This document shows, in pieces, positions 24,021-34,900 of a stretch of 64,000 bases of DNA (position 1 is the stretch's first letter; every line of letters begins with the position of its first letter). The notes below the pieces were generated by a model. The model was not told the DNA's origin. It saw nothing but the letters and a program-made list of their open reading frames with translations, and did not search any database. The stretch is from assembly GCF_022045235.1 (NCBI RefSeq), contig NW_027266270.1, positions 8,122,001 through 8,186,000 of the forward strand, read 5' to 3'. Position numbers and translations under genes: made by a program. This DNA comes from Haliotis cracherodii. Its lineage: Eukaryota.

Positions 24021-26193
24021 TAACAACACGGATGGGAACTCGGTCGCCTGAGGTACCGAGAGTCGCTGTGCAGTGTGGCGTCCCTTAGTCGTGCCAGGAT
24101 TCGATGGACGTAGTTTCGAATCCCAGATAAATCCTGGATAAACATGGGAATACCAGACACATCAAGCTGACATGCTCTGATATTAAAGAAACGCATCTTG
24201 ACGTTAAACCCAGCACTAGGTGTATTTAAATACTGATCTAGGGGCGGCGTTGTTAGCTGTCGATACGGCACAGTGACTTGGCAGGCACATGTAGTGAAGA
24301 ACAAGAACGAATGAGATCATAAGCAGTGGAGGACATACTTCCTCCTTGGTACTCAGCTATCTGTTCTGCTTTGTGTGTGACGGTTCATCGGCAGTATGCC
24401 AAAATAATACAAAGGACATGACGAATGCAGCAATATATTATGTCATGTCTCCGAGATCTTAATTAACACTACTGAACACATTTTTTACTGAATAGCTTAC
24501 TCATCTATCCTGGCAGTTCATTTTTGTCCGTTGTATGGTCATTATGATAATTTGTGTCGGTTTTTCAATTACCTGACGGCAGGGTTAAGTCTAAACTGAT
24601 ATTCACGAAGCCATGTATATGACGCCGACTTGTAATTAGTGATTACAGTGACATAACATAGTTGATGACATGTCATCGTATCACAATTTCGTGAAGCGCC
24701 ATTGAATTGTCTAGTCCAGGACTACATTATTCACAGCACTCTTCATAAAGCTGAAATATTGCTAGGTGTGACTTTAAAAAACAACCAATTATGTCAAGTA
24801 TCTTAACGGCAGATTAATTTTTACACCCATTTATGTCATTGTTTTACGCAAATAATACATATTATGCTTATTAACGTGCATTTAGTGTAGAAAATATACG
24901 ATTATTTTCAATTTTCACCTTTACAGCTTACCCGTGTACTACCCTTAACTTGTCTGTGCCTGAGTTTGGGTACGTGGCTTGCAACGGTTGGCGACAAGAC
25001 TTTGGACAGTATTGTTTGATTGGCTGCCTGGCAAACCGAACCCTACCACGTGACATCGATGGGAGCCAATGGTATGCGTGCGGAGCAGGTGGAACTTGGT
25101 CTTCAAACCCAGGAACCATCCAGTGTGAAGGTAATTGTTTTTATGATTTGAAAAACATGATATTTAAATGAGTGTTGATATATTTCATTTGTATTTCAAC
25201 ACTGGTCTGGCAAGTTCAGACAAGTACATTTTATATTCTTTCTTATATGTAATGTAACCTCTACAATATATCACTTTTTTCAAAAGCTGTAGGGTAACTT
25301 TGTGGTTAATGAGTTCACTCGTCACCACGACAGCCACGAAACCACGTGTTCGATTCACTTTGTGAAACCTATTTGTGGTGATATTATATCATAATATAAT
25401 ATTGCCAAAAGCGGTGTATAATCGTATTCACTCACTCAGCCTATTTATTCACATCTACGAATCTGTATAAGATTTGTGCATGTTTTGTTTTACTCCGCAT
25501 CCGTTATTTGTGCTTGTTAATTTTGATCACGTCGGCCCTAACATGATGGTCAGATAAGTATAATACGTCAATGCCATAGAATATTTGCTGAAACAGCTTT
25601 CTTTGAGCGTAAAGGACAAAATAGTGGTGAAAATTATATTCTTGCATCACAGTGATGACACCAGGTGTTTGCGAAAAGGGTAAGCATGCTTTGCCTTACC
25701 GGTAGCACCCAACACTAACATGGTCAGTATAAAAAGTAAGTGTTTCTCTTTTGCCAAACCGGTGGTTGATATTATGAGCTCCACACCGTCGGGAAAAGCT
25801 GAAGTTCACCAAGTCACCGAGCAGAACTACCCTGTTCAATATAGTCGCCTTGTACGACCAACTCTTCATCAAGTGTTGGGACCCGGAGAAGTACCTGTGC
25901 GATTCTATTAGTATGATCCTATGACGGTAATGATGTCTGTCTGTACCTGTGAACTCAAACCATTGTTGTGTTTGGAAAGGATGTTGTAAAAAACTCAAAG
26001 CATGAATTTCTACGCAGATGAGGCTGACCCCATCGGTGCATCTAGTGGCATCCTCGGCAGTCCAGGTTCTTGTGATGACGTCAGTGCCATAAAAGAAGAG
26101 TATATAGCAGCACTGAAGAAATCGGAATTTAACCCTGCATGTCTCAAACATACTGACATGTGTGTACCTGCTAATGTCAACATTCGATGTTGA
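10903..26193 (+). CDS. Gene A: secreted TSP1-EGF-CCP-EGF-HYR-CCP-like protein (exons 10903-11227, 13029-13223, 23344-23457, 23696-23941, 24927-25130, possibly 25653-25679, 26018-26193)
   Basis: All introns are GT-AG and phase 1; the spliced frame is open from the signal peptide to TGA at 26191-26193. Confidence 0.8.
11561..12132. mobile_element. Non-coding element with pseudo-LTR-like direct plus inverted architecture and a tRNA-derived Pol III box A/B
   Basis: Inverted arms 11591-11788 and 11936-12132; partial direct repeat 11875-11934; TGGCTGAGTGG and GGTTCGAATCC boxes; a further fragmentary copy at 19009-19137 plus 19511-19566. Confidence 0.65.
13029..13223 (+). CDS. Gene A exon: CCP/sushi domain (absent from ORF track)
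   Basis: [55 protein letters not shown]; aag| acceptor, |gtaagt donor. Confidence 0.9.
14728..15998 (-). mobile_element. Tc1-family transposon remnant, interrupted by a SINE
   Basis: N-terminal [35 protein letters not shown]; [20 protein letters not shown]; C-terminal [10 protein letters not shown] at 14728-14835. Confidence 0.85.
14836..15092 (-). mobile_element. tRNA-derived SINE with (TCAC)n tail, same family as 33062-33325
   Basis: Near-identical to 33062-33325; B box GGTTCGAATCC on the minus strand; gagtgagtgagt tail. Confidence 0.8.
16967..18437 (-). mobile_element. Full-length Tc1 transposon with a frameshifted transposase (17210-18161)
   Basis: 27-bp TIRs aactgacgtccaaaagaa(g/a)ctttacca flanked by TA; [51 protein letters not shown]. 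Confidence 0.93.
22540..22950 (+). mobile_element. Degraded Tc1 transposase fragment
   Basis: Hand translation gives [38 protein letters not shown]. Confidence 0.6.
23344..23457 (+). CDS. Gene A exon: EGF domain
   Basis: [35 protein letters not shown]; cag| ... g|gtagg. Confidence 0.92.
23696..23941 (+). CDS. Gene A exon: HYR domain
   Basis: [43 protein letters not shown]; tag| ... c|gtaag. Confidence 0.9.
23953..24018. repeat. (CA)n microsatellite
   Basis: Direct reading of the sequence. Confidence 0.98.
24927..25130 (+). CDS. Gene A exon: CCP-like domain
   Basis: [46 protein letters not shown]; ttacag| ... g|gtaatt. Confidence 0.88.
25653..25679 (+). CDS. Possible 27-nt micro-exon of gene A (VMTPGVCEK)
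   Basis: ttcttgcatcacag| ... g|gtaagc; phase 1-1 and frame-preserving. Confidence 0.4.
26018..26193 (+). CDS. Gene A terminal exon: unnamed Cys-containing domain
   Basis: [48 protein letters not shown]; similar in pattern to gene B exon 53132-53301. Confidence 0.75.
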
Positions 26194-27836
26194 CGTCATT
26201 GGGACTTTCTAATGGTATTAGTTCCAGAAAGATTTGGCTACTTGCCCCAATTTGGCAATGATGTGATATTAAAACCAATGCTCGATAATGAGTGAAGATT
26301 ACATGAAAGACACTGGGCCTGCATTGTCACAATATCATAGCAAATGTGACGGTTTATCAGTTTCAACAATCGAAGTGTACATAAGCTCATGTTAAAACTG
26401 ATCGGTAGTGATGATACACAATTAACAAACACTTATCTGGTTCATTCCCAATCAACTTAAATCTCTGCTCTACAGTACCACAAAATGCACATATTGTGCT
26501 CACAAACGCATGGTTATGAGGTAGTCGAAAGCGGATTCTCTTGTAGCAGAGATATCTTTAGGGAAATGGTTTTTTCGCTTTTATATTCATATCTATGATT
26601 ATGATTATGATGATTATCACGTCAGAAGATCCTTGTGTTGCTATCATTGACACGAATGAATCTTATAAGATAAAAAAATACAAATCTTCAATATAAATCG
26701 CCTTTTTTCATCTCTTGTCTCCAGTGTTATATCTGCCTCTGGTCATCCTCTTGCATGACGTAGTAGCCACGTGTGTTGGCATCCTTCGTTTTAGTTGTGA
26801 TGCATATAAACTGAAGGTCAACATAAAGCTTACCGAGTTTGTTTCTTATGGCCCGTTCATGTTATGCAATGCACGAAATGTATGTACGTTTTTTATCTGC
26901 GTTTATCGATGTGGAATAATGAACAAAACACTTATCTCGAGCTCATGAATAAAATTATGATAAGCGATACAAAACACACTGACGACAAAATAGTCCCCAG
27001 AGAGTAACCCATTCAAGTAGGACAAAGCATCTGCAGTCAGTCAGACAAGGAAGTACGTGTCAGCCAATCAAAACATAGCACTATTATTGGGAATCCCAAG
27101 TCGTAATAAGAGTTTGACATATGCCATCGAGGACAATACGTTTCGGGGAATTGTGGCGGATAACATGGGAGAGTGAGCAGGCAATACAAGTCTATGACAA
27201 ACTTGTATATAATCATCAAAAAAAATTCTCTTAGTCTGGCGTTCGTGTTTATCTTTGGGTGGGTCTATTGTTGTTTTGCTCCAGACATCTCTTTGTGGGT
27301 TCAGACATCAGATAAAGACCACAAACTACGACATGTATTGTATATGTATTGTTTGTACCCGAAGTGTCGCCTAATGCCAACAGTGACTCATTAAGGAGGT
27401 ACACGCGGATGCATTACAGTTAGAATGATATAACACCCTTCGTGCAAACCCTCAATCCTGCTTATGGAAATAAAACAATGTCTGTTGTATGTCAACAGTG
27501 CCAGGGGATATACATGTATATTGTCAGAAGTATGATTTTATGATTATAACGTGAATCTTCGTCATGTGTAGATTAGGGATACCCAAGATATCATACAACA
27601 ATCTGATATGACTTTGCCCGCCATACCTTGGCCACAACTGTTTGTGTAGACACAAGTCAAGTCAACGTGTTTTATTACGTCTTGGGCATCTACGTCATAT
27701 TCATTACGTTGAAGCATCTCTGGTGTGTAACGACGGCCATAGGTATAGTAACATATCTATCTTCGGAATTTCAGGTCAAATTGTCAAAAATGGAAGCAAA
27801 TGTCAGCTGAATATCCTTTGGATAGCATCGAGTTTA

Positions 27837-27993
27837 GGGGCGGCAGTAGCTTAACCGTTCGCTCGTCTCGCCAAAGGCCCGGGTTCGATTCCCCACATGG
27901 GTACAATGTGTGAAGCCCATTTCTTGTGTCCCCAACCGTGATATTGTTAGACAGTTGCTAAAAGCGAAGTAAAATTCAACTTACTCACTCACT
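27837..27993 (+). mobile_element. Short tRNA-headed SINE with (ACTC)n tail; related copies at ~25290-25438, 56283-56410 (-) and 62640-62790 (-)
   Basis: B box ccgggttcgattccc, core ggtacaatgtgtgaagcccatttc, tail actcactcactc. Confidence 0.7.
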
Positions 27994-28890
27994 CTCTTGG
28001 TGAATATTCTGCTTCGGAATTAAACGTTAAAAACTCGTATGTGAACCATGGTTTCGGCCGTTTAGTTTTGATTTCGTAATCGACATAATTAATCTTTCAC
28101 CTTGTAGTAAGTTAATAATACTCGTAGTTTTATGCCGTAGCCAGTATTTCAGCTATTGAAGCGCGAACTGTAAATACCTGAGTCCAGGCAGACCATCACA
28201 CAATAACCGTTCAGTGGAATATCTCACAATCTAAGCATTCCTATGCGAGAAGTGAGTTTACCTGGGTAACGCGGACCATGTGACATTGAACAGTCTATAA
28301 AATGGAGTGCCCTTTGCTTGTTTAAAGAGAAAAAAAACAAGGTCTCAAAAGAGATATACAAGGTACACATTAAACATGTTTGTGAGGCGAAAGCTCATCA
28401 GAGACTGCAAAACACAAAAAACTGTCGTCAAGGCAACAGACAGTTAACAGTCCAACCAGGAAGTCGTGCAAAAGGGGAATTACTGGAAGTTCCCAAAACT
28501 CACGTGAGGTCATCCCTTGAAACTCTAACTGTAACTGTAACATGAATACTAGTATTTATCACTTCTAGGTAAACACGCATTCGTCATACATCACACCGCC
28601 ATGTCACGGCTATTTACGTGAAGACGTGTTCTGACATTCATTCAAGGAAGTTATGTTATCTGTTTTGAATCATGCGGAAACGTTCCAAAAAATGTGTTTA
28701 ACCTGAACTGCTTTGTCTCAAGTACCTGGTAACGCAGTGTCTTGATTAAACATAGGTTGCGGGTCCCGCCGTCAATCAACACCGTATAAGCGGTTAGTCA
28801 AGCGATTCGACACGCCCATCTTGCACCCTTATAGATTGGTGAGCATACCCACCAGTCACATCAAAGGCGCTGTTGCTTAACAGTGGCAAC

Positions 28891-28956
28891 ATGGCGGCCA
28901 GGTACTTGCTTGGTGTCGTCATTTGTTTTGCTGTTGTATCCGAAAACAACTGTCAG
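28891..28956 (+). CDS. Gene B putative first coding exon: signal peptide
   Basis: aacATGg context; MAARYLLGVVICFAVVSENNCQ; donor cag|gtatg. Confidence 0.6.
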
Positions 28957-31900
28957 GTATGTTGTGTTCTGTAATGAAACCCTGTTAATCCGTACGGATT
29001 TTCCTCCAGGAATGTACTGATTGGGGGTGGGGCGGGGGGTGGGGTGGTGGGGGATCGGAGGTGGTGGGTGGGATTTCGGATTAGAGGAGGTTTGACTGTA
29101 TGATGCGAATGGTTTACTCATATCCGTACGTCACACCATACTCGGGTGTCTAACATGGCTGCTGCCATTGTGGTTAACGTCATACACCAACAGTTTCATT
29201 TAACGATTGCGGCCTGATTTCAATCGAGTCTGGACCAGGCAAGCCGTGGCCCTGTTCCACAAAGTCATCTTAGCGCTAACGTTATCGCATCTCCATGCTT
29301 TATCTTAGATCTAAGATAAATGTAGCGCGAAGATGAGCGTAGCGCAAAGATGAGCGTAGCTCAAAGATGACTTTGTGGAACGGGACCCCAGTGATTCACA
29401 TTTTGAGCATTATGAATGTTTGTTTGTTTGTTTATTGTTTAACGCCGCACTCAGCAATGCTCCAGCTATATGGCGGCGGTCTTATATTTAATCGAATCTG
29501 GACCAGTTGACAGCTTCGATCCACGCAATATGGATACGATGAAATGCATCAACCAAGGCAGCGAACTTGACCACCCGATCCGTTAGTCGCCACCAATTCT
29601 AACCCGGAATCCCCAAGAGGTGGTGACTTAGTCGTGCCAAATGCAACACCCTGTAGTTTGTATCGAATCCAATATTCTTCCTGATTATAATCATTGTAAG
29701 CACAAAGTATTGATCAAAGCGGCGTTACATCCACCTGACTCGCTCTGCTTCAGCGCACCTGCAGTCTGACAGCTGACCGTCTCCCCATCTCTGTCAAGTA
29801 CTGCATTGATCCAGCAGGCCACGAAATACCATTCAACCAGCACTCCAGTCTGGCAAGCCGTAGTACATGCAGAGTTACTTGCCTTGAGGATGCAAAGTTA
29901 CGGTTCCTGGTCTGTGATGACGGAATCTGGCATATGACACCAAATCTATGCAAAGGTAAATATAACATAAATCTCAATCTGATGGAAACTCGAAAAGACA
30001 TATGGTGTCCTATGACACATATTGCGTGAATCATAAAACGAGTAAGGTGCTGGCAAAATTAGAAACCTAACCAGGGCTAATCGGGATTCGGATCATAGGT
30101 TTCGGGCACGCCTAAGGGACGAAACTCTGCACAGCGAATTGTGGTATTTTATGCGACTAGGCCAATTGTGCCCTCTACCATATAGCGTTGTGTCTTCCAG
30201 TTTGATCATAAAAGGGTAGATATATACTCAAACGAAAAAGAAACGCAAGTTGTTCTTAAAATGCGGATAACGTTTATATAAGATATATAGATAATATTAA
30301 GAAATGGTCACGAAGAAAACATTTGATAACAAATAGGCGTTGATGACAACCATCCGTGTTTATTGAAAAATCCACCCGAAAACAGGGTACCCCCAAAAAC
30401 GAAAAATAACAGGTGTCCATCAATATCTTGTGTGGCCTTCGTTAGCTGCGATACAGGCCGCACTTCGCCGTCTCATTGAGTATATAAGTCTTTTGAAGAA
30501 GGCTTGACGAATCCCGTTCCATTCCCGCATCCAAAAAGGCTTTCAGTTCCTGAAGTGTATGTGGCTGCCTTGCAGCCTTTACACGTCAACCAATGTCGTC
30601 CAAGACATGCTTGTTACGACGTAAATTGTAATAAAAAGGTAAATTGTAATACTTGCAGCAAATTGTAATAATTTTGACGTAAATTGTAATAACAATAATT
30701 GTAAGTCAGTAAAAGTCAGACTTTCCACATTTACACATCAATATATTTGTGTAAGTTTGTGACGTTATAATTATTCCATTGTGTATATTACTACCTACTT
30801 TACCAAATGAAATATGATTCCATTAGCTTCAATATGAACAATTATGATGAAAATCGTCAATAGGATATATTACAATTAAGTACAAAACACACAGAGTATT
30901 TCTCAAATAAATAAGAAAACTAAGTTCATTCTAGTATTTAATCCTCTTCTGGACAACCATAGAAATGAAATTCCAATGCGTTTATATATACATATAATTA
31001 TACAACAATGTACGATAACGACCTCAATCCTCCCCCACACCCATACTTTAATGACGATTGTACGATAAACCCTGTACCAACCCTGACAAGGATAGGTTCT
31101 AGTCATTTAACGCCTTTGACACTAAAGTTATAAGGTTATTACAATTTACGTAACAGGTTATTACATTTTACCGCAAGTTGAGATTATTACAATTTACGTC
31201 AATTTTTATTACTAGTTACGTTGTTATTACAATTTACGTCAAAATTATTACAATTTGCTGCAAGTATTACAATTTACCTTTTTATTACAATTTACGTCAT
31301 AACAATGCTCAATTGGCGCTATGTCCGGTCACAAAGACGGGTAGGGCATCACAGGAATGTTATTCACTCTGAGGACGTCCATATAGACCCGTGCTGTATG
31401 GGGACGAGCGTGGTCTTGCTGAAACACCTTGAGTTGAGGTTGACCTAGGAGGAAAGGTCTGACGTGATTATGAAGAACATCAGCCCTGTACACGACAGCA
31501 GTTACACGCACGCCATGATGCTTCCTCCTCCCCACCGGTCGACCTGTAAAACACAGTACTTCGTAACGCTCATAACGTCGTCTCCACACTCTGATGCTGC
31601 ATCAGCGTGAGAAAGGTTGAACCTTGATTCGTCTGAGAAGATAACGTGTTACCATTGTTGACGTCGCCAACGCAGGTGCTGTTTGGCCCAATGCAGACGT
31701 TGTTGACGCTGACGTTGAGTCAGTATGGGCCCGACGTAAGGACAACGACGAACTGTGTCAGGATGACATGGGATTACGTGGACCTGGAATGGTTGCAGCT
31801 GTCTGTGTTGCTTGTCTCTGTCGGCCACGCAGATTTGTCACCCAAATGTAATGGTCATGTGCTGGAGTGGTGACCCTCGGTCGTACAGAACGAGGCCAGT

Positions 31901-34900
31901 CTTGGAGCTGCATGTCTGTTGATGCCTTGCGCCCAATCTGGTGATGGTAGACACATGACACCCAAAGTGCCCCCCCCCCCCCCCCCCCCCCCCACTGCAG
32001 TTGACGTTGATCCGGCCTGTAGCATCCCAATGGCAACCCCTCTCTGGAGTCAAGTATGAAATTTTCGGTGTTTGTATTTATGTGGTCGCTTGTAACAAGA
32101 GGGAAAATGCACACATTTTGCATATGATTTGCGCTGTACATGCAAACAACGTAAAACGAAACGAAACTATTGCGTTCCTGCGACGTGCTCAACACGAATG
32201 AAGTAAATACTGAACAGTGTTTCTTATATGCGTCCTTTACGTTTGTATACATTTCGTTTCACAAATAACCATTTTATGCATTTAAAAAACAACAAGCTTG
32301 ACTTGCGTTTCTTTTGCGGTTGAGTATTTACACACTGATAAATACACATATCACAAAGCGCCAATAGAAGCTTCAGTGTCACTGATTTCATAACATAGTA
32401 TGTTTACTGAATACCATATTTTAGTAACATGGTTGTAAAAACTCACTCTCAGCCATTGCATATACAAAACTGAGTGTCCCAAACACGTGTATCACTACAT
32501 TTTGTTTGTTTGGTGTTTAACGCCTCAATCAGCAATATTCCAGCTATATGGTCTGTAAGTAATCGCGTCTAGACCAGACAATCCAGTGATTGATATCCTG
32601 AGCATCGATTCACCGAATTGGGATCGATGCCATGCTTCAACCAAGTCAGCGAGCCTGACCTCCCTCTTACGACAAGCATGATCGCCTTTTACAGCAAGCA
32701 TGGGTTGCTGAAGACCTGTGCTTTTCCGGATCTTCACGGGTCGAATCACCACATTTCCCAAAGTCTGATTGATAAATTATGACCTTGTAATAATAATTGA
32801 AATATTCTCTTCTAGGTCAGAAAGATGTCCAGGTGTTACCAAAGCGTCGTCGAAAACGTTGGTTTTTCATACCAATAATAATTGGGATCATCTTTTCGTT
32901 CAAAAGACCAGGCCCTCCTCCAGGTAATATGAGTCTCTAGTACATTCATGCTGGCAAAATACATCGATATCCTCAAATAGTCACTGTTTGTCCTGTCCTG
33001 TAACCAGGATTATCAGCACTAACACCTCCCCCCCCCCCCTCCCTCCCTCCCTAGTCAAGAGTGAGTGAGTGAGTGAGTTGGGTTTAGCGCCGCTTTTAAC
33101 AATATTCCAGTTATATCGCGGCGTATCAGCTTAATGTGGGAGGAAAGCCCGAAGTGATGCAGGTCTCAGACGTTTACCACTTCGATGAAACCCACGAGCA
33201 CGGGTATGGTGCTGACAAACCTAGAAACATAATCGGGGCGAACCGGGATTCGAACCCACAATCATAGGTTTCTGGCGTGCCCAAGGGACGCAGCTCTGCA
33301 CAGCGAATCGCGGCGCCTTAGACGACCCCCCCCCCCCCCCCCTAGTCAAGAGCTCACAAGACTCCCAGAAAGCCATGGCTGACCTCAGAAGGTGGAGGAT
33401 ACCTGAGACTGTCCCCTTCTGCACTGCACATACGTGACCACCCCAGAAACTGAAACAACCCATACCTTCCGCCTCCTAAAGATAGTGACAGAATCCGAAC
33501 ACGACATCTTCCTACTCGGTATGCTGTAAGTGTGTCATCTTAGTGACTAGAAGTTGTAAGCAGCGCTACAGATCCGGAAGTGGTTTTGCGCATGCGCGAA
33601 GAGTGCATTGTGAGTAATGCGCGCGCATCCAAGATGGCGGCACTTCAGATTCCGGGGGAGGGGTGTGTGTGCCTCCAAGAGGGCAGCACTTCCGGTTCCG
33701 AGGGGGGGCATCCCCCATCCAAGGCAGGAAGGCAGGAAGAGGGAGGAGGAGGTGGGTTCTTTGTTTTGGTTTGGTTTGGTGGTGGTGATGGTGGAGAGGG
33801 TAGTCAAAGCAAGGATGAAAGCGATCCTTCAGGAGAAGAAGAAGAAGATAAAAAACACGAAGCCCGCTACGAAATCATTGATCATCAGTTAGAATTGCAT
33901 GATCTGATGATGAAAACGAATACCTTTTACCAAGGTGACTTTGAAATGTTGAGTGTGAAGATAAGGGCCGTCAAAGTGAAACTGGAATGAGAAACAGGAA
34001 CGGAAACTGGAACTGGAACAGGAACAGGAACAGGAACGGGAAACCGGAACGTCATCCTCGCTTTCTAGGCTGTGGCTCTCAGTCGTAGCAGCAGGGTGGC
34101 CAACGACCAAAGAGTTGAAAACTAAGTCATGGTGTCCCCTGTGATGCTGCTGGCTCTTTTGGGTGTGGTGGAGAGGTCAGGATATGGATCTTAATACCTC
34201 CTCTATTCGGGATGCTTTTGAGGTGCGGCAGCCTTGGGGATCCGTTGTCGGGGAGCTTTTTCCTCCTCCTCCTTCTCCAAGGGAGGGTGGCGGGGCGCCC
34301 TGACGAGCAGCCGAGAGAATCTTCTTCTCAAGAGGAGACAATCGGAGTGCTCTGATCCTCTGTTGCCGGGTAGGGTGTCTTTTCCTCTCAAGAGGAAGGG
34401 GGAGTCGGAGAGCTCTGAGGAGCAGCCTTGGGGGTCCATTGGCGCCGGGGAGTCTTTTTTCCTCCTCCTTTTTCGGGGAATTAGACAGGGGAGCTTGTTG
34501 CCGGGATGTCTGCATAGTTCCTGGCATGTCAGTCATTCACAAAGAGGACCATTCACAAGTGACACTGACTCCACTCGAGGGATCCGTTTTTATAGGAGAG
34601 GGACCGGATCAAACATCGCTACATGCTGATTGGTTCGACACGCGGTGCGCTGATTGGTCCAAAACGCAGCACGCTGATTGGTCCGTTCCGGCACCTGGCC
34701 TGAGCCCTTGTTTTCCAAATCGGCCCAACCCTTGTGTTTCTTTTCCATAGGAAATGGATTTCACCATGGGAGAGAAAGCACAACCCCTGGTTCGACCAAT
34801 CGGACCCGAACAGGGTGAGGGCATCCTCTGATTGGTCAACAACCCAGATTCTGATTGGTCAGATGTCGATCCTGTTTTTTTCCTCGGGTGTGCATGTCGA

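Noticed and set aside
33580-34750. Overlapping ORFs in the Polinton left arm
   Set aside because: GC-rich low-complexity TIR and promoter sequence; no recognisable domain and no frame clearly preferred.
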